64,000 bases of DNA from Sedimentisphaerales bacterium (GTDB lineage: Bacteria > Planctomycetota > Phycisphaerae > Sedimentisphaerales > SM23-30): NCBI GenBank assembly GCA_963666285.1, contig OY762711.1, one strand, 5' to 3'. Shown here piece after piece: positions 20,073-29,581 of this stretch (its first letter is position 1; every line of letters starts with the position of its first letter). The notes beneath the pieces are model-generated. The model ran no database searches. It was not told where the DNA came from and worked only from the letters and a program-made list of their open reading frames with translations. The translations under genes and the position numbers were made by a program.

Positions 20073-23000
20073 TATTTATTAACCTGATTCATCCATTCAC
20101 TAACCATAAACTCAAAGTCAGCAATAGTAACAAAACAGTCATCGCCGGCAAGCTCCGCTGACAACAGGCAGTTGTCTGGCTCATCTGAAAGCTGCCATTG
20201 CATTGCCAGGATCGCAAAATCGTCCAGCCGAACAAAGCCGTCACCATTCAGGTCTGATGCTATCCTGTTATTGACGTCAATCACACCCTGGCCTGAAAGC
20301 TGCATGACCACACCGTCCCACTCTGCCGTATAAGTATGTGATACTCGAGATTCGATCAGTTCAATATATACTGACGCTATACCGGCATCATCTGTCACTG
20401 CTGTAAATTCCTCTACTGCCCCATCACCATCAGTATCGATACTAAAGATAATTGTCTGGCCGACAATACCGATATTACTATTGGTTAGAACTGCTTCAAG
20501 AACTCCTCCAGCCACATTCGGCGACCAGTTGAATTCTACATTTGCAGCAACCAGAACTGCACCATCAATCACATCTCCAATACCATCATGATCAGAATCC
20601 GCCTGATCTGCATTTGATACTGTCGGGGCATTGTCAAACGCCATTGCCAGCGAATAATCGCCCAGGGTCATCGGCTGACCAACAGAGTTAACATACTCCA
20701 GCAGGGTCATCCACTTTTCCCAACGCTCCAGGTCAACCATATTATTTTCCCTGTTTAACGCATCGGAAACATCACAATATTCCAGCCTATCCAAATCATT
20801 GCAATATCTGGTAGACCACTCGACCTCCTCGATCAGCCAGGTATTCAGCTCTCCTGCCTGAGTAATAGACTGAAGATATTCCAGATAAGTTGCATACCCG
20901 TAATTCTCCGGGTTAACCTGCATATCGGCACTCGCATGAAAAATACCAAAATCATCGAACATCTCGTGATGAGTACCTTCCGGGGTAAACTTGATGCTAT
21001 TCTCCTCGTATGTACTGGCAGAAAAACCGGTAAAATACAACCTTGATACAGCATCACGACTAATCGTATCCGAGGCATTATACGGCGGTACATAAGATAT
21101 GAATGGATTGGCAGCATTGGTCCAGTCAACCTTTGGACTGTTATCAGGATCGGCACCCGAATCTATTATCCACATATCTCCATAATCACCCAACATAGTT
21201 CGCTGGCCGATTCTTAGATATTGATACATCTCTTCGAGGGTAAAACCGCAAGTCTCACATGAGTAGTTATTCAAACTCGAATCATCTGACCAGTCACCAT
21301 TCAAAGTATTATTGGCATGATAAGTGCCATGCTGACCTAACTCAAGTTTTGGGTTAGATATCCTGGCATTCATCCAGCGTATCGGGTCATCATCACCATA
21401 TGCATTCCAGATCTTTCGTGGTATTACCGCCAGAGAGATAGGGGTATTCTTTCCACCTGGTAAATCTAACGGAACCTGGTAACCTGCGGCTGCAGGTTCA
21501 TCTCCAACTCCATTATAACTGTAATTCCTGTTGAGCTCCCATTCTTCCGGACTCAAAATTGCCGCATCAGTCATCGTCTGGGTAAACTCATTCTGAAATA
21601 CTCTGCCAAGTGCATCAATTCGTATTATAAAATGCGTATCGCTATTTGACCAGACAGCCTTTGCCTGCATTGCCTTTCCATATAAATACGGATCAAGCGG
21701 CCCATCAAATATGCCGTCACTATCTGTATCAGTATTATTCAGCGGATCGGAAACATCTCCTCTCCCGTCCTGATCAAAATCCAACTGTTCAAAATTGGGG
21801 ACAAACGGACTGTTATCGTTAACATCCGGTATCCCGTCATTATCATCATCGTCATCTGCCGGGTCACCCACACCGTCCTGATCGTTATCCAGCTGGTCGA
21901 GATAGTTAATACCGCCATCATCGTTCATATCCAGTCGCGGAGCGTTCGGATGAAGCGGTGCATTATCAAAAAGATCAATAATACCGTCCATATCACTGTC
22001 ACCCCGATTTGTAAACAAACCTGAGACTACCGCTTCCTTATTGCCAAATGCAATATCAAGAAAATCATCTTCCAGAGAATTCAGCTGGCCGATCGCCAGA
22101 CCACGAGCCTCGGTACCCTCTGATCCGATAGTACCGGCATACAAAAATTCTGGTGCTCCATTCACATTACCGGTATTAAGCCATAGGTCAACTGTACCGC
22201 TCCATATCCCGGCACTGCCGCCGACCGCAAAATCGGTCATGCCGTCTCCGTTAAGATCGCCGCAATCTATGCTTAGCTGGGTTGTAAATGTTTCTTGACA
22301 GCGGGCATAGGCAAAAGGACGGGTGCCGGTACTGATTTTATTATAAAGCACCGGGCTGAATACGCCGCTGCCGTCATTCAAATATACATATACATAACTG
22401 GCTGCATCGGTCAGCATCAGGTCAACATCTTCATCACCATCCATATCTGCCAGTGCCAGACCGTAGCCGTCAATATTCGAGCTTGACTTAGGCGGATAAT
22501 ACGGCGGAAGCTCAGGATTCGGGGAATAGCCCAGATCCTGCCCGGAGATAAGTATTTCAGGCGTATCCCATATCGGATTACCATAAGCATCATTTCCCAA
22601 ATTACGAAACAGAACAACATCTGCCAATGAATTTTCCGAAGCGGTTATATCACCCGCTATAATATCTATGTCATTATCACCATCAACATCTCCCGCTGCT
22701 ACGGCACAGGATGCCGTACCTGCATCACCAACAAGCAAACCAACTTGAGGAAATCCTGTCGACTGAAAGCTGCCGTCTCCATTGCCCAGGTAAAGATACA
22801 CTTCACCGCTTAGTATCGGCGGACTGGTCAGGGTATAGTCATCACGCATAGTCAAAACAAAGTCTGCATTACCATCATTATTAAAATCAGCTGACGCAAG
22901 ACCGTAAGCATTATGATATGCCTGGTTTATCACAATGCCATTATCTGTAAACGTACCATCGCCATTTCCGGCAAACAGGTGAATATCGCCATATGTATCA

Positions 23001-23194
23001 CCACTGAGTATATCTGGTATGGTATCGTTATTAAAGTCAGCGATATCCATACCAAAAGCCCGGCTTCTACCAGCGATTTCAGCCAGCCGATACTGGTAAA
23101 AACCAGGCTGTAATATATCTGCTGTAACAACAGTACTTGTCATAGCAAACAATAATAACGATATTAAACTGGCATACAAAGACTTCATAGCCAT
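20072..23194 (-). CDS. Large secreted FG-GAP/VCBS-repeat protein with thrombospondin type-3-like Asp-rich repeats and a C-terminal dockerin domain
   Basis: Signal peptide. Repeated ..ADFNNDGNADFV.. FG-GAP motifs, DNDQDGVGDPADDDDDNDGIPD calcium-binding repeats, and a C-terminal dockerin-like DLNGDGFVRLDDFAILAMQW. Confidence 0.6.
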   Translation of the reverse strand: MAMKSLYASLISLLLFAMTSTVVTADILQPGFYQYRLAEIAGRSRAFGMDIADFNNDTIPDILSGDTYGDIHLFAGNGDGTFTDNGIVINQAYHNAYGLASADFNNDGNADFVLTMRDDYTLTSPPILSGEVYLYLGNGDGSFQSTGFPQVGLLVGDAGTASCAVAAGDVDGDNDIDIIAGDITASENSLADVVLFRNLGNDAYGNPIWDTPEILISGQDLGYSPNPELPPYYPPKSSSNIDGYGLALADMDGDEDVDLMLTDAASYVYVYLNDGSGVFSPVLYNKISTGTRPFAYARCQETFTTQLSIDCGDLNGDGMTDFAVGGSAGIWSGTVDLWLNTGNVNGAPEFLYAGTIGSEGTEARGLAIGQLNSLEDDFLDIAFGNKEAVVSGLFTNRGDSDMDGIIDLFDNAPLHPNAPRLDMNDDGGINYLDQLDNDQDGVGDPADDDDDNDGIPDVNDNSPFVPNFEQLDFDQDGRGDVSDPLNNTDTDSDGIFDGPLDPYLYGKAMQAKAVWSNSDTHFIIRIDALGRVFQNEFTQTMTDAAILSPEEWELNRNYSYNGVGDEPAAAGYQVPLDLPGGKNTPISLAVIPRKIWNAYGDDDPIRWMNARISNPKLELGQHGTYHANNTLNGDWSDDSSLNNYSCETCGFTLEEMYQYLRIGQRTMLGDYGDMWIIDSGADPDNSPKVDWTNAANPFISYVPPYNASDTISRDAVSRLYFTGFSASTYEENSIKFTPEGTHHEMFDDFGIFHASADMQVNPENYGYATYLEYLQSITQAGELNTWLIEEVEWSTRYCNDLDRLEYCDVSDALNRENNMVDLERWEKWMTLLEYVNSVGQPMTLGDYSLAMAFDNAPTVSNADQADSDHDGIGDVIDGAVLVAANVEFNWSPNVAGGVLEAVLTNSNIGIVGQTIIFSIDTDGDGAVEEFTAVTDDAGIASVYIELIESRVSHTYTAEWDGVVMQLSGQGVIDVNNRIASDLNGDGFVRLDDFAILAMQWQLSDEPDNCLLSAELAGDDCFVTIADFEFMVSEWMNQVNK

Positions 23195-23260
23195 ACCCTT
23201 TCTGATAAAATCAGCATTCTCTTTTTTAATCTCTCACAAATAATTCGACAGCATTTATTA

Positions 23261-23965
23261 TTAGCGGCGTTTCAGCAGCAATCCGCCAAAACCAAGTAAT
23301 ATCAGAGTCATAGGTTCAGGAACCGGGGAAACATATTCCCACATTACACCGGCAGAACGCATTGATACCCAGCTGCCGTCACTGGAAATTTGTGATACTG
23401 TGTACGTCTGCCCTTCAGTAAGAAGAACTTCCTTGCCTATCAACAGCCAGGCATTATTAGCACCAAGAAAAACTGTACCAACCGGCGGATTCTCTACTGC
23501 TGCCATAGCCATCGCGACTGTTCCGCCATTATTCATATCCACACCTGTATGTACGATCGTATCACCATCATTTTCAACTTCTATGGTACATGTTGTTGAT
23601 AGCGGAGTTGTATCTGGCCAGGTTATATATACGTTATAATACCCTGACTGGCCGCCATCCAGATTTGTTGAATATATACCATTTCCAAAATATCGACCGG
23701 AATCTTCCGGCACATCCCAGTTGTCAACATCCGATCCTGGCGTATAAGAAAAAGTATAAACATCAACCGGATCAGCTACAGTACTTCCATAAGCACTTTG
23801 GCTTGCGGTTAAGCCGGGAGCTGTTCCGGCAGTAGTCGAAAATCGCGGCGTACCGGTAAAATTCGTACTACCCCTGCCGTCACTATACGGCTCGACAATA
23901 AACGCGGCATGAATACTACCAAAAAGAAATAATACCAAAAGTACAACACAAACATAATTTTTCAT
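23261..23965 (-). CDS. PEP-CTERM-anchored secreted protein
   Basis: Signal peptide plus the C-terminal sorting signal VPEPMTLILLGFGGLLLKRR (PEP motif, TM helix, basic tail). Confidence 0.7.
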   Translation of the reverse strand: MKNYVCVVLLVLFLFGSIHAAFIVEPYSDGRGSTNFTGTPRFSTTAGTAPGLTASQSAYGSTVADPVDVYTFSYTPGSDVDNWDVPEDSGRYFGNGIYSTNLDGGQSGYYNVYITWPDTTPLSTTCTIEVENDGDTIVHTGVDMNNGGTVAMAMAAVENPPVGTVFLGANNAWLLIGKEVLLTEGQTYTVSQISSDGSWVSMRSAGVMWEYVSPVPEPMTLILLGFGGLLLKRR

Positions 23966-23998
23966 TTCAAACCTCCAAATTTTTAATAAATATACAAA

Positions 23999-24236
23999 AG
24001 TTAACTCTCATAGTTTTTAAGTTGCAATAACGAAGTGCCTCTGGTAAATCGCCTAAAAGGGCCTTCCTGCAACACTTATGTTTTAAACAAAGCGTGAGAC
24101 GATAGTGAATTATTCCTGATGTCAACGTACATCGGGACACCTTAATTTTTCAATTTTCACTATTCGTTTTTCACTTAATTGGCCCTGTTCAGGCCTTTGT
24201 GTATAATGCTGAACAGTCATAAGTGCGATACCGCAC
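23999..24236 (+). repeat. R-family repeat, copy R3 (modules A+B) with a near-consensus promoter (TTGGCC, 17-bp spacer, TGnTATAAT)
   Basis: ..TTAATTGGCCCTGTTCAGGCCTTTGTGTATAATGCTGAACAGTC.. The flanking CTGTTCAG/CTGAACAG stem shows compensatory changes relative to R5/R6. Confidence 0.55.
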
Positions 24237-24474
24237 AAGAAACTAGGCCAACATATAATATATGTCCGACAAAATAACCTTTTTATAACGGTTATTATTC
24301 TAAATATTTTATTTTTTGATCTGATGAGTGACAAACTAACACTTAATGTCAAGATAGGAATTATAGAGAGAGTGGTGAAATATACTATGACCTAAAACCA
24401 ACAAACTAGTTAATAAGACTTGAAATATTGCCAAAAAACTCAATTTCATTCTTACGGCATTCCTCAACTGTCTG

Positions 24475-24900
24475 CTATTTGGGAAATATCCCTGTCGGCT
24501 CCAGGTTAAATTTCGAAAATGACCTCAGTACAGCCTTTCCCATTCTTTTAAGATATGATACTAGAAGCGGCTGACTGTAATCATGATGGCTTAGCAGACT
24601 CAACGCAAATGCAAGCTGAGTCAGTGAAACATTATAAAATGGCGGATCACATACGATAATATCGAATCTTTCAGTTATCCATTCCGGCTTGAGCAGGTCA
24701 TACCTCCGGTAGCCTCGCAGATCGCTAAACCTTTCATCAATATCGAGTACGGTAACATCAACAGACCTCTCACCTAGCTTCTTACCCAGCATCGGACAGC
24801 AGATACAGCATGGCCTTTCCCAGTTTAACAATAAATCCGCTAATAGTTCCAGTGATTCATCATCGAAAAAGTATTGTTCATTTTTATGATTTTCGTCCAT
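24475..24900 (-). CDS. Compact RsmD/N6-methylase-like putative SAM-dependent methyltransferase (DPPF motif)
   Basis: 141 aa. ..CCICCPMLGKKLG..VTVLDID..FDIIVCDPPFYNV parallels RsmD motif I (DCFAGSGALG), motif II (LIEMD) and motif IV (FVDPPF). Lies 3 nt downstream of the prfH stop. Confidence 0.35.
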   Translation of the reverse strand: MDENHKNEQYFFDDESLELLADLLLNWERPCCICCPMLGKKLGERSVDVTVLDIDERFSDLRGYRRYDLLKPEWITERFDIIVCDPPFYNVSLTQLAFALSLLSHHDYSQPLLVSYLKRMGKAVLRSFSKFNLEPTGIFPK

Positions 24901-24903
24901 AAC

Positions 24904-25530
24904 CTACCTGACCTCTTTAAATTTCTCGCCCCTGAAAACTCGAACCGGGTTACCTCGTTCAAGATTTCCATGCCCGGCCCACCTGCTCTGCTGATTTTCT
25001 GCTTTCATATTATAATTATGCTCTTCCAGCTTTTCATTCAAATTTCGCAAAGCCAGCTTACGGTTCATATGCTGACAGCGGCTACCACTTGCCATTGTCG
25101 AAATTCCAGTCGGCACATGAGTCACCCGTATCGCCGATTCGGTTTTATTAACATGCTGTCCGCCCGGCCCTGATGACCGCATTGTCTCAAATCGAAGGTC
25201 TTTACTGTTCAACTCCAACTCATCCGGCACCTGGCATAACTCAACACCGACAAACCAGTTTTTCCTTTTATGGTTAGGTCGATATTGACTTTGCCCGGTC
25301 CACTGCACTGTACCGGTCCAGCTGTCGATAAGACCAGTAAGCCCCTCCCCTTTAATAGAGATCAAGGCTGACTTAAAAATTTCCGACCGGTTTCCCGGCA
25401 CAAATTCCAATACCTCCGCATTGCCGCCTATCGCCAATACTTCTCTGCAAATAGCTTCAACAATTCTTGCAACAACCCAGCAGCATTCGTCCGGCCCACG
25501 ACCGGATGTAACCTGTAACCAGTATTCCAC
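24904..25530 (-). CDS. prfH: Peptide chain release factor H-like protein (RF-H)
   Basis: 208 aa. GGQ motif SGPGGQHVNKTESAIRVTHVPTGI. The N-terminus LQVTSGRGPDECCWVV resembles E. coli PrfH (LQLSSAQGPEECCLAV). No codon-recognition domain, which is the PrfH architecture. Confidence 0.75.
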   Translation of the reverse strand: MEYWLQVTSGRGPDECCWVVARIVEAICREVLAIGGNAEVLEFVPGNRSEIFKSALISIKGEGLTGLIDSWTGTVQWTGQSQYRPNHKRKNWFVGVELCQVPDELELNSKDLRFETMRSSGPGGQHVNKTESAIRVTHVPTGISTMASGSRCQHMNRKLALRNLNEKLEEHNYNMKAENQQSRWAGHGNLERGNPVRVFRGEKFKEVR

Positions 25531-25551
25531 TAGTATCTCCTCGTAACTGTA

Positions 25552-27327
25552 TCAATGCCGTCTGGCATAATATAAATCCTCATTTTCAGCCCACCGTCTA
25601 ATTATAGCTTTTTCTTCATCTTTGGCAAACCTGTTATACAAACCTCTCACCTGGCATATTTCCTTTTTTGAAATATATACTTCAATCGTCAGGCATTTTT
25701 TCCGCTCGGATTCGGTTTCCAGCTCCATCGACCATATCGAACTCTTTCCCTTATTACATGAGTGAGCATATGTTGCTACACAATGACGAAGCTTTCGACC
25801 CTCAGTTATCAGTTCCCGGCTGGTGACCAGCTCTGAGATTCGCCAGACTCTCATATTATTATGTTCGCATTCTCCTTCTATATAATTAAACGGAGCTATA
25901 CCACTAAACTCCCATTTCAAATCGCTTACACCTGACTCTTTACCAAGTCTGTTATGCCAGTTCTTCACCGCTCTTAACAGCCTGCCAACTGTACGGCCCT
26001 TCATCGAAAATTCAGGCTGCGCCGGGCCGCGATTTTCCGCCACACCCCTATCAACAAACACTATCTGGTCTTCATATTTCTGATTCCAGATATAGTCTAT
26101 TACCGGCCCGACATAAACAACATCCAGCATAGGGTTACGAGCGAGAAATTCGATAACCTTAACCCAGAACTCATCATCTCTGAAATCATCTTTCAAGCGA
26201 GTTTCTACTATAGCATCTGCCAGCCTCTCATCCCCTCCGGCCGCCATAACCTGGCCCCATCGAAAAGCCTCTTCAATAGAATAACTATCAGGAGCGGTAA
26301 GAAAATAATGTGCCGTTTTCTTTGTCATTTTAATCGGCAATGATTTATTATTACGTATATTCTTACCAATCCCAATCTGCTTATACACTTCCTGGTATAA
26401 TTCATTGCCTGTAAGCCATGCCTTATCCATAAATTCCGGCACATCATACCTGGCCCACAAATGCCTCAACAAAGAGCAGAACTGCTTATTTCGATTATGT
26501 GTAGTAACCTTCCATTCATTAAGCGGCCTGATCCAGCTGTCCCTGCCTTTAACAATTTCAAAAATAGCCTTTACGTACAAAGGATCATGACAAACCTTAC
26601 TCCTTGCATCAATATACCTGAATATATCATATATATTTTTTCGATTGGCTGAGTTTGCAAAACCTTCATAAATTACTTTTGCAATTTCAGATTTCAAACT
26701 CTGCTCGTTTAATTTATTTTCCCGCGCAGCTGCTATCAGCTTTTTAAAGTTTCGTACCCGCTTATCCTTTGCCAGTAATTTACCACTGTCTTTCTCTCCG
26801 CTGTCAATCCCTGATATTATTTTCTTAAATGCTCCATCACGCTCTTTTGCCAGGTTCAGGTTGCCGCCCATATCAACACCTTCGGCACTACAGCGTAAAC
26901 AATACATATGCTTTACTATAAGGTGCTCATTTGCAACGGTTATCGTTTTAAGACGACGTTTCCCTATTCGCCCATCAAGCATACCGACAGCTTTTATGAT
27001 CAGGTTTCTCGACCGCAATATTTCATCTATACCAAGGGTTAGATATTCTTCCAACGACCTGGCCAGCCTCAAATTCGTAAAGCTTGGCGTTTCATATCGA
27101 AAGTTATCCTGTCCCGAATAATACCACTCTACTTCTTCAGAATAACATTCATAGTCGCTGACATATACCGCAGCTGAACTTCTCTTCGGGCCTCTTTTAT
27201 CAATTGCAATCCACGCCTTATTCCAGTAACTGGAATAGTAATGATTATCAATTCCAAAACTTATTCGACCTCTTACCGATCCGGCCAAACAGCCGTATAT
27301 TCTTTTTTGTATCTGATTCCATTTCAT
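25552..27327 (-). CDS. Large uncharacterised protein with a C-terminal PcfJ-like domain
   Basis: 591 aa. C-terminal ..LRHCVATYAHSCNKGKSSIWSM.. fits the PcfJ-like signature (HCV..Y...C..G..I.S). The N-terminal 400 aa are unassigned. Sits between rtcB and prfH in the same orientation. Confidence 0.5.
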   Translation of the reverse strand: MKWNQIQKRIYGCLAGSVRGRISFGIDNHYYSSYWNKAWIAIDKRGPKRSSAAVYVSDYECYSEEVEWYYSGQDNFRYETPSFTNLRLARSLEEYLTLGIDEILRSRNLIIKAVGMLDGRIGKRRLKTITVANEHLIVKHMYCLRCSAEGVDMGGNLNLAKERDGAFKKIISGIDSGEKDSGKLLAKDKRVRNFKKLIAAARENKLNEQSLKSEIAKVIYEGFANSANRKNIYDIFRYIDARSKVCHDPLYVKAIFEIVKGRDSWIRPLNEWKVTTHNRNKQFCSLLRHLWARYDVPEFMDKAWLTGNELYQEVYKQIGIGKNIRNNKSLPIKMTKKTAHYFLTAPDSYSIEEAFRWGQVMAAGGDERLADAIVETRLKDDFRDDEFWVKVIEFLARNPMLDVVYVGPVIDYIWNQKYEDQIVFVDRGVAENRGPAQPEFSMKGRTVGRLLRAVKNWHNRLGKESGVSDLKWEFSGIAPFNYIEGECEHNNMRVWRISELVTSRELITEGRKLRHCVATYAHSCNKGKSSIWSMELETESERKKCLTIEVYISKKEICQVRGLYNRFAKDEEKAIIRRWAENEDLYYARRH

Positions 27328-27446
27328 TTTTTGATCTTCTATATATATAAAAAGGATAAATTTCTTTGTTATTTACAAGCCATAATTTTATTAATACTTT
27401 TTGCATATTAAACTCCTGTTACACCCTGGGCTTAAACCCAATATTT

Positions 27447-27480
27447 GTTTTGAAATCTATTATCTTATACTGACTCAAAT
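27447..27480. promoter_or_regulatory. Perfect 12-bp inverted repeat with a 10-nt spacer between rtcB and the PcfJ-like gene (operator or intra-operon hairpin)
   Basis: TATCTTATACTG-ACTCAAATGC-CAGTATAAGATA, in the 171-nt gap inside the minus-strand operon. Confidence 0.3.
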
Positions 27481-27498
27481 GCCAGTATAAGATATACA

Positions 27499-28908
27499 CT
27501 AATCTTCCGGCCGTTCACCTGCCGGTGCCATCTTAACGATCTTTGGGTCAAACCTGGCAATCTTCTCTACCAGGTCACTCTGGGCCGACATTACCTCATC
27601 GATATTCTTATACGCCATCGGCACCTCGTCAAGCCCGGCAGTTAATACTCGCACACCATTGGCTTCCAGGAACTTCTTCGCATCATGCCAGGTATAAGTT
27701 TCCTTCGCCTTCTTACGGCTCATCCGGCGACCTGCACCATGTGACGCCGAGTTCAGCGACTTCGGATTACCTTTACCACGCACTACATAACCCGGCGTTG
27801 CCATCGAACCGGGAATAATACCCAACGCACCGACACCGGCCGGGGTCGCTCCTTTACGATGTACAATCACTTCCTTGTCATCATGCTCTTCCTTCCAGGC
27901 AAAGTTATGATGGTTTTCGACATCCAGCAAAACCTTAACACCAAGATTCCTGGCAATATGCTTATGCACCAGTTCATGGTTGGCCGCGGCATAACGACCC
28001 ATCAGCTCCATCGCACGCCAGTATTCCTGACCTTCATCGCTGTCAATATCCAGCCATGCCAGGTGCATCAGTTCCTTTGGCAGTTCAAGATGTCGTTTCA
28101 TCGCAAGTTTACTATAATACGTAGCTATCTCGTTACCAGTACCGCGGCTGCCGCTATGGCTCAACAATGCCAGGTAGGTGCCGGCTTCCAGTCCGAGATC
28201 ATACTTTTCAAGCGTCAAAGTACCAAACTCGACAAAATGATTTCCGCTGCCGCTGGTACCCAGCTGGCTCCAGGCCTTATCCTTCAAACTCTTGACAGTT
28301 GAGCTGAATGTCCAATCTTCATCCATGACATCATGCTCACGTCTGCGCTTAAAAGTCGCTCCTACACCAAAACGAGTCTCCATTTCTAACGCATTCTTCA
28401 GCAAACCAAACTGGCCGTTAATCGCTGATACCGGCATATCCAAAACCGTCATCTTCATCCGGCAGGCAATATCAACTCCAACTGCATAAGGAATCACTGC
28501 CCCTTCCGTTGCCAGTACCCCGCCGATAGGCAGGCCATATCCGGTATGAGCGTCCGGCATCAACGCACCTCGCACCGAAATCGGAAGCTTACACGCATTC
28601 TCCATCTGCTCAATCGCAGAATCTTCCATGTCATCACCCCAGCGTTTATAATACGCCGGACTCTGACGAGGTACATACATGGCTTGTGCTGCTTTGGTCC
28701 GATTCAATACCTGTGCCGTTGCACCAAAAATCTCATCGTTAAAATATTTCTCTGCATTTGCCACTAAATCCGCAACCTTCTCACGCAGGACACTCTTGTT
28801 CTTACCGCGGCCTTCGTCGGAACGAACCCACCGCATGATCGCCTTTTTGATAAGGTCCATCGCCTCACCCTTCGGCACTCCAAGATTTAATAATTCTCTG
28901 GTCTTCAT
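27499..28908 (-). CDS. rtcB: RNA-splicing ligase RtcB (3'-phosphate/5'-OH RNA ligase)
   Basis: Conserved blocks ..AVGVDIAC.., SGNHFVEFG, HNFAW..HRKGATPAG..IIPGSM..SASHGAGR, PMAYKNIDEVM. The start is taken at MKTRELL (GGGAAA Shine-Dalgarno); the track begins at an upstream GTG. Confidence 0.85.
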   Translation of the reverse strand: MKTRELLNLGVPKGEAMDLIKKAIMRWVRSDEGRGKNKSVLREKVADLVANAEKYFNDEIFGATAQVLNRTKAAQAMYVPRQSPAYYKRWGDDMEDSAIEQMENACKLPISVRGALMPDAHTGYGLPIGGVLATEGAVIPYAVGVDIACRMKMTVLDMPVSAINGQFGLLKNALEMETRFGVGATFKRRREHDVMDEDWTFSSTVKSLKDKAWSQLGTSGSGNHFVEFGTLTLEKYDLGLEAGTYLALLSHSGSRGTGNEIATYYSKLAMKRHLELPKELMHLAWLDIDSDEGQEYWRAMELMGRYAAANHELVHKHIARNLGVKVLLDVENHHNFAWKEEHDDKEVIVHRKGATPAGVGALGIIPGSMATPGYVVRGKGNPKSLNSASHGAGRRMSRKKAKETYTWHDAKKFLEANGVRVLTAGLDEVPMAYKNIDEVMSAQSDLVEKIARFDPKIVKMAPAGERPED

Positions 28909-29116
28909 AATATCAATTTCCCTTATCTCAAACATCTGTAAAATTATTGTCTTTAATAAAAATAGTATCACCTCGCGAAGCGATCATTATCCACCCTCGC
29001 CGTAGGCGTATCCTTTACTGTTGCCTCATCACTTCTGTCCACTGCCTTTTTTTTAGAGTTGACACAACTCTCTGGAACTCATCCAAAAGTCTTTTGGATA
29101 CATTCGACATTCAGTT

Positions 29117-29554
29117 TCATGTTCCACTCACATCACGCGGCAGATTCCTGTCGGCATAAGCCCATTCAACCTCACGCTCCGTCCAGGTATGACAGCTCGG
29201 CTTTACCAGCTCAGGATTATCCAGGCTGCCGGCCTTTATAAATATGTGGTCCGGACATTTCTCGGCACGGGTAAACAACGGCGAACCGCAATCCGGGCAA
29301 AAATCACGCGTTATATCTCGACCGCTGTCTGCTTTTGAGGTATAACTCTTCACCTGCCCGCTCAATATCTTCAGCTTGCTCTTTTCCGAAACAATACCAA
29401 CTGTAAACGGACCGCCCGTCGCTTTCTTGCAGTCATCGCAATGACAATAGCTCGATTCACCAACTTCACCATCATACTCATAGCGAATCCCGCCGCATAA
29501 ACAACCACCTGTAAACTTACTGTCCATACCTGCTCCTTCTAATAATCCAGCCAC
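29117..29554 (-). CDS. GFA-family (glutathione-dependent formaldehyde-activating / CENP-V-like) zinc-binding protein
   Basis: 145 aa with the CxC..C..CxxC cysteine pattern (GGCLCGGIRYEY..SYCHCDDCKKATGG..FCPDCGSPL). Confidence 0.6.
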   Translation of the reverse strand: MAGLLEGAGMDSKFTGGCLCGGIRYEYDGEVGESSYCHCDDCKKATGGPFTVGIVSEKSKLKILSGQVKSYTSKADSGRDITRDFCPDCGSPLFTRAEKCPDHIFIKAGSLDNPELVKPSCHTWTEREVEWAYADRNLPRDVSGT

Positions 29555-29581
29555 GGTAAAACCGTAACATTAGCTTGCCAT

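Noticed and set aside
24122-24352. 76-aa ORF inside R3
   Set aside because: It lies entirely within the intergenic repeat, its sequence is not conserved as protein between repeat copies, and it has no ribosome-binding site.
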